64,000 bases of DNA. Origin: a virus. Below the pieces are notes generated by a model. It saw nothing but the letters and a program-made list of their open reading frames with translations, was not told where the DNA came from and searched no databases. Both the position numbers and the translations under genes were made by a program. The stretch is from positions 15,915 to 79,914 of the IMG/VR virus record IMGVR_UViG_3300025030_001282. One strand, 5' to 3'. Shown one piece after another: positions 47,696-57,261 of this stretch; within the stretch, counting starts at the first letter, position 1, and each line of letters opens with the position of its first letter.

Positions 47696-49891
47696 ATGGA
47701 TCTAATAGGCGCAGCAAGCGCTATAAACGGCGTATTTGGACCGAAGAAGCAGCCGGCGAATCCAAAGGCCCGCGACCAGTCCTTACCGTTCATGTTCGAG
47801 GTGTCTGGTGGAGACGTGGCGATCCCGGAACGGTTTATTCTGCCGCTCAATCCCGAATCGCTGCGCGTCTCGTGGCCTACGCGAACAAATATAACCCACA
47901 CCAAGGCCAGCGCATTTCAGGACAACATCGGTCTTGGCCTTCCAAGCTTCTCGCTTCAGGGCACCTTTGGGTACAGGGGAACCCTTGACAAGGGGAACGC
48001 CGCCCGGTCGCTCACAGGCGACAAGAAAAGCGCATGGGACCTGTACCAGGAATTGGAAGGCATGTTCAGGGCCTTTTACCTCCGGTTCGGAACTTACACT
48101 CACCGAGGAGCCCTTAACCTCAATCCAGTGGACCCGGCAAAACCGCCTTTGCTGAACTTTTACAATTTCACCGACCGCGATTTTTGGGTGGTACAGATAA
48201 ACAAGTTCGACCTGCTACGAAACACGCAACGCAGATATCTGTACCAGTACGACATCCAGATGACAGGCCTCAAGCGGGTGAGCGCCCCCATGAGCGAAGA
48301 CGCTTTGGCAGGGATTCTTTCCAATCTTAGCGCTGTCGATTCAATGCCTGCATGGCTCGCTTTCGCCAAAGGAGCGCTCGCACTCTACACGGCAGTTTCT
48401 AACGCGATCACCACGGTCTTAAACACAATCGATACGATAAAGGACGCAGTTAACCGGGTGGTGGCCGCCGTGAAGGCTTTCAGGGCTGGGATCACCAAGC
48501 TGATCAATGCTCCATTCAGCCTTGTAACTTCTATTGTCAAGGCGGTAGATTCGATCATTAAAACACTGGTCAGCTTCAAGAATATCCCGCATGAGATCAT
48601 CAACGGCTTTCGCGAAATGAAGAGGGCCATGATGCCGCTCAGCGCCAACCCGCGACTGTTCAGCCAGGACATTCAATCTGTCGCCGCCAGGGCCATAACC
48701 GCAGAAATGGCCGTGACTAATGCCCAGACTACACTTTCCGCAGCCAGAGCCGCCTTAGCCGCTGACCCTGCTAGTGCAAAAAAGCAATCGGCTGTTGCTG
48801 CTGCCACCGCAGCTCTGGCATCTGCTCAATCTGCGGCAACAACGGCAAACAGAACGGCGAAGGCCGCAACGACTGGCACTCCCACCAGTCAAATGCAAAA
48901 CCCGGAAATACTCACCATCGCTTTGCCGCAGAACAACGCCGCAGCCAATGCCTACCAAATGGACACCCCGGAAGAAACTCTTTTTGCTTCCGGCAGCGAG
49001 ATCATACGTGACGTATCAGTGCGCGAGGTGTCGATTGGCACCAACGACACTATATATTCCATTGCGCAAAAAAATGGCGTCGACTGGAAGCAGCTCGCAG
49101 CGCTGAACAATCTGGAATACCCCTTCGTCGCCAAGATTCCAGCTGACCTATTCACCCCCTCTAAAGAAACGGGTGGAGCCAGCGAGCCAATTTCTGCTGA
49201 CGCAACAATCATCTACCTGACAGGAATCAACCCAGTCCCTGGTGAGATTTTGGTATTCACCGCGCCTGGGGGCGGGGAGGAAATGAACGTCGTCTCGGCG
49301 GTCGTGGCTACAGCAAGCGGTGGTTCTGCCGAACTTGAAGGCCCGCTGGGAACCGCTTTCAACACCTCAGTGGTGATCACGCGGCATGACGCAGCAGTCG
49401 CGGTACTCAAACCTGGCGACAAAGTCCAGATACCCGGCAACGCCTTGGCCGCAACTCCGATCACTGACGGCGCAGATGGCAGCGACACACCGTCTATGTT
49501 ATTCGGAGTGGACGAGAATGTAGATGGCGAAGGCAGTCAGGACGTCGAAGCAAACGGCGATATCCGTGCAGTCACCGGGATATCGAACCTGGAGATGCAG
49601 CTCCGGCACCGGCTGATGACCCTGCGCGGAGAACTGTCACAGGTAGGCCACCCAGATTACGGATCACTGCTACCGACCTTTATAGGCGAACTCAATAGCC
49701 CCGTCATGCAGGAGCGAGCGCTGCATGAAGCTGAAATAACGGTGCTCGCCGATCCACGGATCGAACGGGTAGAGAACGCATCTTTCCTGGAGGAAGGGAC
49801 AGCCCTTTATTTTGAGGCTGACATATACCCGATCGGGCAACGCAATGCCACCAGGATCACGCTGCCATTGGCCGCGCAAGGATTTTCGTAG
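47696..49891 (+). CDS. Fusion of tube initiator, LysM and gp25/gpW-like baseplate domains
   Basis: LPLNPE...F.LQGTFG; NDTIYSIAQK.GVDW..LA.LNNL; G..NL...L..RL.T..GEL..HPDYGS...DPRI. Confidence 0.75.
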   Translation: MDLIGAASAINGVFGPKKQPANPKARDQSLPFMFEVSGGDVAIPERFILPLNPESLRVSWPTRTNITHTKASAFQDNIGLGLPSFSLQGTFGYRGTLDKGNAARSLTGDKKSAWDLYQELEGMFRAFYLRFGTYTHRGALNLNPVDPAKPPLLNFYNFTDRDFWVVQINKFDLLRNTQRRYLYQYDIQMTGLKRVSAPMSEDALAGILSNLSAVDSMPAWLAFAKGALALYTAVSNAITTVLNTIDTIKDAVNRVVAAVKAFRAGITKLINAPFSLVTSIVKAVDSIIKTLVSFKNIPHEIINGFREMKRAMMPLSANPRLFSQDIQSVAARAITAEMAVTNAQTTLSAARAALAADPASAKKQSAVAAATAALASAQSAATTANRTAKAATTGTPTSQMQNPEILTIALPQNNAAANAYQMDTPEETLFASGSEIIRDVSVREVSIGTNDTIYSIAQKNGVDWKQLAALNNLEYPFVAKIPADLFTPSKETGGASEPISADATIIYLTGINPVPGEILVFTAPGGGEEMNVVSAVVATASGGSAELEGPLGTAFNTSVVITRHDAAVAVLKPGDKVQIPGNALAATPITDGADGSDTPSMLFGVDENVDGEGSQDVEANGDIRAVTGISNLEMQLRHRLMTLRGELSQVGHPDYGSLLPTFIGELNSPVMQERALHEAEITVLADPRIERVENASFLEEGTALYFEADIYPIGQRNATRITLPLAAQGFS

Positions 49892-49929
49892 GCAAAATGT
49901 TTGATATGCGCTACGAGCCGTGATATTCC
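49891..49929 (+). promoter_or_regulatory. Promoter of the baseplate/tail-fibre operon, with the motif at 49901-49916
   Basis: GGCAAAATGT-TTGATA-17 nt-TATTCC with an extended TG; the -10 match is weaker. Confidence 0.6.
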
Positions 49930-49936
49930 TGTAAGC

Positions 49937-51061
49937 ATGGGATTCCAGATCATGAGAGCGGAAGATCGGGCGGCAAGAATGATTCAGTGGTTTTCTGGCA
50001 TCTGCCAGAAAGTCACTGATTTCTTGCCCGGCTCGAAGATCAGAACAAAGTTCGAGGCAATCGCCGTCGAGCTTGAGGCTATGGACTTCGCCTTTTATCA
50101 GGCTGCAAAAAAGGCGATACCAATAGCAATATATCAAGCATTCAGTTTCGACCTCCTCCCCCCCACTAAAGCTGCAGGCACGGTGGTTTTCACCGCGAAC
50201 CAAGCTCCAGTCACCAACGTAACAATTCCCAGCGGAACGCGGCTTGCCACAGCCGGGAGCGCATCCGTCCCAGAAAAACTCTATGAAACGACAGCAACAG
50301 TAACCCTCTTGGCCGGTAACACCTCTATCGAGGCTCCGGTTGCCAGTGTCACTGCTGGGATAATTGGCAATACAGGGATTAACAACATCCGCGTGGTGAA
50401 GGCCACTATAGCTGGAATCACCTCGGTAACGAACGCCGCCGCTCTCATAAATGGGTCGGATAAGGAAACGGAAAACGAACGCCGGTCGCGATTCATTGAC
50501 TATATTGCCGGGTTGCGGCGGGGCACAAACGGCGCAATCGTCACCGGTGCGAAAACCGCTGCGATTGTTGACAGTAGCGGCATTGTTATTGAGGAGGTCG
50601 TGACAGCGCTAGTGGATGAGCCCGGAACGCCCGCAGGGTACATTACCTGCTACATCTACAATGGCACAGGGAGCACATCTGACGCCCTCATCGCTAAGAC
50701 CAGACAGATCATAGACGGGTACGTGGACTCGGACGGAAAAAGGATCGCCGGATACAAGGCAGCGGGCATCGTCTGCGTCGTGACAAGGGCAACTGAAACT
50801 CCACTAAACATTACGGCCACCGTAGCAGCTCTTGCTGGTTACGATCAAGCAGTGCTTCAGGTGCAGTTGGAAACGGCCATTGCCGCATATCTCCAGGGGC
50901 TAGACATTGGGCAAGATTGCCTTCGCAACGAGATCATCGAGCGGATTATGGCAACTGAAGGCGTCTACAATTGCGACCTAATTGCACCGGCAAACGATTT
51001 GACGGCGGAAAAGTACACAGTGTTTACACCTCACGGACTTATTGCAGTGACGGTGAACTGA
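49937..51061 (+). CDS. Baseplate J-like protein
   Basis: TDF.PGS..RT..EA, A.G.V.F, IP.GT, G..GN, G.D.E...R.R motifs. ATG 49937 is preferred over TTG 49901, which is the -35 box. Confidence 0.85.
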   Translation: MGFQIMRAEDRAARMIQWFSGICQKVTDFLPGSKIRTKFEAIAVELEAMDFAFYQAAKKAIPIAIYQAFSFDLLPPTKAAGTVVFTANQAPVTNVTIPSGTRLATAGSASVPEKLYETTATVTLLAGNTSIEAPVASVTAGIIGNTGINNIRVVKATIAGITSVTNAAALINGSDKETENERRSRFIDYIAGLRRGTNGAIVTGAKTAAIVDSSGIVIEEVVTALVDEPGTPAGYITCYIYNGTGSTSDALIAKTRQIIDGYVDSDGKRIAGYKAAGIVCVVTRATETPLNITATVAALAGYDQAVLQVQLETAIAAYLQGLDIGQDCLRNEIIERIMATEGVYNCDLIAPANDLTAEKYTVFTPHGLIAVTVN

Positions 51062-51062
51062 T

Positions 51063-52388
51063 ATGGCTGTTCTTGACAAACTTCTCAGCAGGCTGCACCG
51101 AGTCTTTGACAAAGACCCGCAAAAGACGCCAGTAATTTTACTTTCGTGCACCGTCGACGGCGTACAAGTTTCAACCAGCAACATGCGCATAACCGGCACT
51201 GGCGGACTAAACATCGATTTCAGCGAGATGACGCTGCAAGAACTGGTGACCAGCATCAATGCAGTGGCCGGTTATTCGGCAAGCCTCGTCGCCAACGATT
51301 ATATGGGGCTCTTGGCGCGAGCAATTCTGGAAGACGGAGCCCACAGCGCTGTTCAAAACACGAGCCTACATTATCCGACGTCGCTTCTTTGGGCTGAAAT
51401 GCAGACGTGCGGCTGGATACTGGATGAACAGGTCGAACGTTTACGGCAGCTGGGCAAGCAGCTTTATTTCCATTCCGCCGACTCGGACTGGCTCGACTAC
51501 TGGAGCAAGACCTATTTCGGGATCAATCGCAATCATCAGGAAAGCGACGACGATTATGTCCGGCGAGCCATTCACGACATCGTAGCGCTCAACCAGAATA
51601 ACATCGCCCTGGGTAATCTGATTCGCGAGACAGTGACAGGATACGACTGTGACGTGATAGACACGCCCAGCGAGACCGACGCGCTCTCCTACGGCGGCTT
51701 AATAACTGCCGACGGCGCACAGTTATATAACGGCAGCCTGACAGCGCAATACGGCATGTTCAGCGTGGCTGCCCAAATCGAAATGGAAGATCAAGTTCCC
51801 CTCGCTGAGTTGTCGCAAAAGGTTAGGGAGATCGTCAACCGACACAAGGCTGCGGGGACCGAACTTAGGGCGCTTGATTTCAAGATGGAAACTTCTGACT
51901 CCTTGACGATGGCAGAACACGCTGACGTCAAGTTAGAGCAATTTGCTTCCGACACACTCCCATGGGGGATGCGGTACGACGGTACGATCCTGCACGACAA
52001 CGCCGACTATCGACTATTTAATGGGGCCTTAACCTACAGCGGAGCGGATGGGTACGATGGCTACGCGGCTGTCCGCACAAAATACAACACGGCCTGGGAA
52101 GCTGACGCGAAAGCAGCTCACCTGAAGGCCACCGACCAGCAGACGGCGCTGATGTGTTACGACGGTCTGGCTGATTTCGACGGTTTCGTTGATTTCGGAG
52201 CAATAGGCGCACCGGTACGGGATGGCAGGGCGGCAATCACCGTCAAGCGGCATTACCTATACAACGGGAGGCGCACCTATGGTGGCGGCAAGGTGTACGC
52301 AGGGAGCCTGAGATACAACGGGGCGACCGGTTACGCTGCGGACATGCTCCATCAAGGAATACATATTATTCAGGAGGCAAGAATATGA
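51063..52388 (+). CDS. Baseplate wedge protein (gpI-like) with Y/F-x-G repeats
   Basis: A...WLD.W...FGI.R...ESDD.Y..R and KAAGT motifs. Confidence 0.75.
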   Translation: MAVLDKLLSRLHRVFDKDPQKTPVILLSCTVDGVQVSTSNMRITGTGGLNIDFSEMTLQELVTSINAVAGYSASLVANDYMGLLARAILEDGAHSAVQNTSLHYPTSLLWAEMQTCGWILDEQVERLRQLGKQLYFHSADSDWLDYWSKTYFGINRNHQESDDDYVRRAIHDIVALNQNNIALGNLIRETVTGYDCDVIDTPSETDALSYGGLITADGAQLYNGSLTAQYGMFSVAAQIEMEDQVPLAELSQKVREIVNRHKAAGTELRALDFKMETSDSLTMAEHADVKLEQFASDTLPWGMRYDGTILHDNADYRLFNGALTYSGADGYDGYAAVRTKYNTAWEADAKAAHLKATDQQTALMCYDGLADFDGFVDFGAIGAPVRDGRAAITVKRHYLYNGRRTYGGGKVYAGSLRYNGATGYAADMLHQGIHIIQEARI

Positions 52389-52822
52389 AGATGTCGGACG
52401 ATACACACCTCCACGGGGAGTTCCGGCTTGTCGTGAGACGCAACGGCGTGGTGATCGAGGAGTATGAAGATCACAACATGATTATGAGTGTGGCGAAGGA
52501 CGCCATGGCGCATTTGATCGCTGGCAACGGCAGTGGCAAAACAATCACAAAGATCGGGTTTGGCACCAACGGCAACGGCCCGGCACCAGGCGACACTGCG
52601 CTCACCGGCAGTTACAGCAAGAACGTGGCAAGCGCAAGCTACCCGGCCATAGGGCAAGTGCAGTTTAACTGGAGCCTGGCGACCACCGAGGCGAACGGGA
52701 TGAGCATCAGGGAATTCGGTCTTGTTTGCGGAGACAGCACGCTCTTCGCACGCAAAACCAGGGGTGCAATCGAAAAGCAGGACGACATCTCATTGGACGG
52801 CAGTTGGACGATTATTTTTTAG
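52385..52822 (+). CDS. Tail-fibre attachment/baseplate protein
   Basis: N.I.......IGFGT......DT.L...EANG..IREFGL....LFARK...I.K......W.I.F. Confidence 0.75.
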   Translation: MKMSDDTHLHGEFRLVVRRNGVVIEEYEDHNMIMSVAKDAMAHLIAGNGSGKTITKIGFGTNGNGPAPGDTALTGSYSKNVASASYPAIGQVQFNWSLATTEANGMSIREFGLVCGDSTLFARKTRGAIEKQDDISLDGSWTIIF

Positions 52823-52832
52823 GGGGTAGCCG

Positions 52833-53729
52833 ATGGCAAACGTAACAGAGGTAGCACAGTACGATACTGGAATATACCAGATCGAGACCACCGACCCGGT
52901 CCTCGGCGGATCGGGCGGGATTGCCAACGTGCAGGCTAAGCAGCTGGCCAACCGCACGGCCTTCTTGAAGCAGATAGCCGACGAAGTGGTGGCCGCTCGC
53001 GGGTCCAAAGCGAACTTGGACGCACGGCTGGACACCTACGACCTGCTTGACCCGGAGATGCAGGCCAACATCGGGCAGATGGTGATCGCTGCTCTGTCCG
53101 ATGCGGGAATTGCCAACCGCGAAATCCAGACGCTTTTGACAAAGCGGACCCAGAAAGGGACTGCGACGGTCCGCAGTACGGGGGTGGTCTCCGGCTGTGA
53201 CGCAACGGCAGGCGGGACAGGACGGCTGGTCAACCTGTCGGCAGGGATGGTGTATGTGAACGGGCAGAGGGTGCCTGTCTCTGCGCAGATCAGTACGGCG
53301 TCCCTCGCGCAGAACACAGGAGCTGCAGTCGGATACGTGGAGCTGTATCTGGACAGCACCGGCGACCTGAAGGCGACCAACTTGGATGAGTTATCACCGG
53401 CAAACACCATGGTGCTGTACCGCGTGACCGTGCCTGCAGGGAACACGTCAGAAGGTCTGACCGGCTGCACTTTCACCAAAGTTGCATCCGTACAGGCGCA
53501 GTACCCGTTCTACTACACGGCATACCCCAAAGCATCCGTCGTACTGCCATTCGCCATGCCGAACAATGATTACGGTGTGGACCTGGAAGTGACCGGATAT
53601 AGCGGCGGCGCTTCACAGCTGGGCGACGTGTTCGTGACCAACAAGACGACTACTGGATTCGACATCGTAACCAACGGCACGGCAGACAACATCGTGGTGC
53701 GCTGGACTATGACCAAATACAACTTGTAG
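52833..53729 (+). CDS. Tail fibre protein
   Basis: IYQIETTDPVLGG..G.AN.QAKQLANRT.FLK N-terminus typical of tail fibres. Confidence 0.75.
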   Translation: MANVTEVAQYDTGIYQIETTDPVLGGSGGIANVQAKQLANRTAFLKQIADEVVAARGSKANLDARLDTYDLLDPEMQANIGQMVIAALSDAGIANREIQTLLTKRTQKGTATVRSTGVVSGCDATAGGTGRLVNLSAGMVYVNGQRVPVSAQISTASLAQNTGAAVGYVELYLDSTGDLKATNLDELSPANTMVLYRVTVPAGNTSEGLTGCTFTKVASVQAQYPFYYTAYPKASVVLPFAMPNNDYGVDLEVTGYSGGASQLGDVFVTNKTTTGFDIVTNGTADNIVVRWTMTKYNL

Positions 53730-53753
53730 ACAAACCGAAAAGGAGAAAAAACG

Positions 53754-54818
53754 ATGCCGACGATTATCACCAAGGACGCCTTAAGGCAATCAGTTGAAGC
53801 TGCTACCGGAGGGGCCTGCACGGTGCTGTACGACAGCAAGGGCTTCGCCAACTACATGAAGATCATCCCTAAGTTCCGCTGTGAGGACGTCAGCGCCAAT
53901 CTGGGAACCGGAGTCCACCCCGCCTTTATCGTAGGGGGAGTAGAGAAAAACGAGATCTTCATCGGCCAGTACAATGCCGTAAATATGGATGGCCTGGGTG
54001 TTTCCCAGCCCGGCATGGCTCCGTACGTCTCCATAAACTTCGACAATGCGAAGCTCGCCTGCACAAACAAAGGCGCTGGCTGGCATCTCATGACCAACTG
54101 GGAGTGGGCGGCAATCGCGCTTTGGTGCATCAAAAACGGCACGCCGCTGGTACGAGGCAACACCTACTATGGCCAGTCCCACGCATCACCGTTCGAGACC
54201 GGACGACGCACCGACGGTCTGGCACCGGCAACGGCATCCGGCAACGCCCACATCCTGAACGGATCCGGCCCGGCCTCGTGGCGTCACGATGGCTCCTTCA
54301 GCGGCATCTCCGATCTGGTCGGCAATATCTGGGAATGGCAGGACGGCATGAAGATGGTCGACGGCGTCATTAAGATGCCTTCCGACAACAACTTCACGCT
54401 GGCGGAGGCCAGCTGGCCGGACACCTTGGCGCGTATCGCTTCCGCTGTCGCTGGCAGCGCGAACGCCGCCACGGGCGCACTGGTGCTGACCGAGTCGGCG
54501 GTAGCAGACGTAAACCGTGGAGCGTCGCTGAACAACTCCGCATGGAATGCCACCGTGGCGACAGGACTCGTTACCCCGGCAGTGGCGCTCAAAATGAAGC
54601 AGGCGCTCATCGCTCCGTATGACACCCCGGCGAACATGGGCAGCGTAGCCGGATACATCTACGCAAACAACACCAACGCGCCGTCGTTCGAGGCTCTGCC
54701 GTTCCGTGGGGGCGATTGGAGCCACGCCTCCGGTGCTGGCCTGGCTGCGTTGAACTTGGACAACCAGCGCTCCAACGTGGGCGCGAGCATCGGGTTCCGC
54801 CCCGCTTTTATCGGATAA
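53754..54818 (+). CDS. DGR target protein (Mtd-like, FGE-type C-type-lectin fold; putative receptor-binding protein)
   Basis: HPAF, GWHLMTN.EW, DL.GN.WEW and RGG.W...GFRP motifs; the VR lies at the 3' end. Confidence 0.9.
   Translation: MPTIITKDALRQSVEAATGGACTVLYDSKGFANYMKIIPKFRCEDVSANLGTGVHPAFIVGGVEKNEIFIGQYNAVNMDGLGVSQPGMAPYVSINFDNAKLACTNKGAGWHLMTNWEWAAIALWCIKNGTPLVRGNTYYGQSHASPFETGRRTDGLAPATASGNAHILNGSGPASWRHDGSFSGISDLVGNIWEWQDGMKMVDGVIKMPSDNNFTLAEASWPDTLARIASAVAGSANAATGALVLTESAVADVNRGASLNNSAWNATVATGLVTPAVALKMKQALIAPYDTPANMGSVAGYIYANNTNAPSFEALPFRGGDWSHASGAGLAALNLDNQRSNVGASIGFRPAFIG
54695..54806 (+). repeat. DGR variable repeat (VR)
   Basis: 112-bp ungapped match to 55236-55347 with 8 mismatches, all opposite TR adenines. 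Confidence 0.95.
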
Positions 54819-54853
54819 TCTGGTATCTGAGATCCTGATTATCTGAATGGGTT

Positions 54854-54888
54854 AGCAGGGGCGAAGAGCCCCTGCTGCCCGAAGGGCA
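54854..54888 (+). other. Tandem hairpins downstream of the VR (candidate DGR target-recognition element)
   Basis: agcaggggc-gaaga-gcccctgct, then tgccc-gaa-gggca. Confidence 0.75.
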
Positions 54889-54892
54889 TAGC

Positions 54893-55228
54893 GTGGAAAA
54901 CCTGAAAATCAAGCAGAAGCACGAGGACATGATCAAGTACGGCTATGTCGCACTGAGGCAGTTCCCGAAATCGGAAAAGTTTTCCCTGGCGCAGGACATC
55001 AAGAAAACGATGTTCAGCATGCTCGAGCTGATAATCCGAGCAAACCGGAGCCGCGACAAGCGGTCAACATTGTACGAAATAGACACCGAGCTTGAAGTTC
55101 TCCGCACGCAAGTGCGTCTTGCGATGGAACTGCAATTTCTGCCGTTCGCAAAGTACGAAGTGTGGGGCGGCCATCTTGCCGAAATTGGCCGGATGCTCGG
55201 TGGATGGGTGAAATCAATAAAGGGGTAA
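54893..55228 (+). CDS. avd: DGR accessory variability determinant
   Basis: FPKSEKF.LAQ.I...LE.LR..VRLA......Y......EIGRMLGGW four-helix motif; lies between VR and TR. Confidence 0.9.
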   Translation: MENLKIKQKHEDMIKYGYVALRQFPKSEKFSLAQDIKKTMFSMLELIIRANRSRDKRSTLYEIDTELEVLRTQVRLAMELQFLPFAKYEVWGGHLAEIGRMLGGWVKSIKG

Positions 55229-55235
55229 GGCTATT

Positions 55236-55347
55236 TCTGCCGATCCGTGGGGGCAATTGGAACAACACCTCCAATGCTGGCCTGGCTGCGTTGAACTTGA
55301 ACAACCAGCGCTCCAACGTGGGCGCGAGCATCGGGTTCCGCCCCGCT
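55236..55347 (+). ncRNA. DGR template repeat (TR)
   Basis: Adenine-rich copy of the VR (21 A, 8 AAY codons), located between avd and RT. Confidence 0.95.
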
Positions 55348-55454
55348 CTCGCCTGTTGCCAGATAAGGCGTTCCCAAGGGAGAGCATTCAGTGCACCAGG
55401 CAAAAGGAGCCTTACTCCTGTGCCGCACCAGAAGACACAAACAATTTTAAACCG

Positions 55455-55495
55455 GAAGGCTGCGGTGAGTACCGCAAGGGGAAATGGCAGCTTTC
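55455..55495 (+). other. Structured spacer between TR and RT (probable DGR RNA element)
   Basis: gaaggctgc...gcagctttc stem enclosing ggtgagtaccgcaaggggaaa. Confidence 0.45.
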
Positions 55496-55519
55496 TACTT
55501 TTAAAAAACATGAGGTCGT

Positions 55520-56572
55520 ATGCCGGTCACCCACAACAACATCTGGAACGAGATAGTCAATTTTGAAAACCTGTACGAAGGGTACCGTGCGGCCTCACGC
55601 GCAAAGCGCTACCGTGGCTCCGTTTTGAGCTACGGACAACGACTCGAAGAGAACATCATTGAGTCGTTAAACCAGCTGACGTGGAAGCAGTGGCGACCTT
55701 CCCGCTACCGCGAATTCGTGGTTCACGAGCCGAAAAGAAGAACTATCCATGCGCCCCCCTTCAAGGACCGCGTCGTACATCATGCCCTGGTCCAAGTTAT
55801 CGAACCACTTTTCGAGCGTAAATTCATCCCGGATTCATTCGCCTGCCGGACCGGCAAAGGGACCCATGCCGCCCAGCTGCGAGTGGAATCGTTCGCCGCC
55901 ATGGCCGACAAGAAATGGGGCGACTACTACGTGCTAAAAGCAGACATCAAGAGCTATTTTCCCAGCATCGACAGGAACGTACTGTTTGACATGATCAAGC
56001 GGACGATCTCGGACAAGGACACCCTCTGGCTGATCGGGCAAATCATCGACTGTGACGAAGACAAGCGCGGCCTGCCTATCGGGGCGTTGACCAGCCAGCT
56101 TTTTGCCAACATCTACCTGGACGCGCTGGACCACTACGTCAAAGACGAGTTAGGCGTCAAGATGTACGCCCGCTACATGGACGACTTTGTTGTCGTGCAC
56201 CCCGACAAGGATTACCTCAAAAAGCTGCATTTCGATATCGGGGTATTCATTACCGAGCGCCTGCACCTGACGTTCAACCCCAAAACCACCATTTTCAAAT
56301 CCGGCAACGGCACCTGCCATCCGATTGATTTCTGCGGCTATCGGATGTGGCCGAGCCACACTAAACCACGCAAGCGCACAGTGAAGGCTGCCAGGAAACG
56401 GTTCAGAAAGTTCGTCGAGCTCTATCGGCTTGGCTTGATGACCCTGGAGCAGATCCGAGCCAGCATAATGAGCTTTCTCGGCTACATGAAGCACTGCGAC
56501 GGCAAGCGGTCGGTTGATTCAATCTTGGAACAACTCGTATTCACGAAGGGCACCGCCCCTGTATCAACTTAA
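55520..56572 (+). CDS. DGR reverse transcriptase
   Basis: EPK.R.I....F.DRVVHHA, K.DI..YF.SI, GLPIG.LTSQ.FAN.YL, RYMDDF and IDF.GY motifs; 350 aa. Confidence 0.95.
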   Translation: MPVTHNNIWNEIVNFENLYEGYRAASRAKRYRGSVLSYGQRLEENIIESLNQLTWKQWRPSRYREFVVHEPKRRTIHAPPFKDRVVHHALVQVIEPLFERKFIPDSFACRTGKGTHAAQLRVESFAAMADKKWGDYYVLKADIKSYFPSIDRNVLFDMIKRTISDKDTLWLIGQIIDCDEDKRGLPIGALTSQLFANIYLDALDHYVKDELGVKMYARYMDDFVVVHPDKDYLKKLHFDIGVFITERLHLTFNPKTTIFKSGNGTCHPIDFCGYRMWPSHTKPRKRTVKAARKRFRKFVELYRLGLMTLEQIRASIMSFLGYMKHCDGKRSVDSILEQLVFTKGTAPVST

Positions 56573-56587
56573 AAGGAGAACACGGAT

Positions 56588-56956
56588 ATGGAAATGAACA
56601 CCGACCCTATCATCGGGCTAAAAGCGGTGCAAACCTCGCGCCTCCGCGATGGATTCAACCAGGCCCCCCTTAATGGGCATACCACTACCACTGGTATCAA
56701 GATGGATGCCCGGCGGGAAGATATCGACAACCTGACCCGCCTGAGAGACCGCCTGCTGGAGACCGGCACCACCAGCACTACAACCACGATCCGCGACTAC
56801 GACAACCAGTTTCACACGGTGACCATTGCCGAATTGTCCGAGATCATCGGAGAACTTGTAGATTTCGGGCTGGGGCTGTATGCCCGCAAATGGGAACTGG
56901 AGCAAGTCCTTGCTGCGGCAACTACCGAAGAAGAAGTGCTAGCGACGGTCTGGTGA
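56588..56956 (+). CDS. DUF4376-like tail-associated protein
   Basis: RDYDN....T..EL...Y..KW.L...A.T.EEV..VW pattern. Confidence 0.65.
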   Translation: MEMNTDPIIGLKAVQTSRLRDGFNQAPLNGHTTTTGIKMDARREDIDNLTRLRDRLLETGTTSTTTTIRDYDNQFHTVTIAELSEIIGELVDFGLGLYARKWELEQVLAAATTEEEVLATVW

Positions 56957-57183
56957 AGCTGTATTTTTACAACCTGCTGATAGGCCTGGACCAGTTTGTA
57001 AACGTCATACTTGGCGGTGCGCCTGACCAGACCATATCAAGCCGTTGCTGGAAACACAGAGATCATTGGGCAGGAAAGCTGGCGGTTAGCTTCGTCGATT
57101 TCTTGTTCGGCTGGCATGAGGCGAATCATTGCCGGGCAAGCTACGAATCAGGAGATCGGCAGGAAAAAGAAGCATGGGGATAG
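56953..57183 (+). CDS. Small conserved phage protein
   Basis: N.LI.LDQ.VN.ILGG.PD.TISSR...HC pattern; GTGA overlap. Confidence 0.7.
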   Translation: MKLYFYNLLIGLDQFVNVILGGAPDQTISSRCWKHRDHWAGKLAVSFVDFLFGWHEANHCRASYESGDRQEKEAWG

Positions 57184-57261
57184 TTCAGGGTTATTTAATA
57201 GCGCAAAGGCCAAATTGCCCCAAGAGCAACACCTACTTTTATTGAATACTGGAGACGCATC

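Noticed and set aside
51680-52340. Repeated Y/F-[DNGSA]-G tripeptides in the baseplate wedge protein as a hypervariable or DGR-related repeat
   Set aside because: This is protein-level periodicity without nucleotide identity or a template copy; similar repeats occur in other phage baseplate proteins.
55162-55566. 134-aa ORF spanning the TR that looks like a second copy of the target's C-terminus
   Set aside because: It is the TR read in the VR frame. It overlaps avd and RT, has no RBS, and TRs are commonly stop-free.
55520-56572. RT as a group II intron, retron or Abi RT
   Set aside because: Its short length, SQ motif, adjacent avd and adenine-specific TR/VR pair identify it as a DGR RT.
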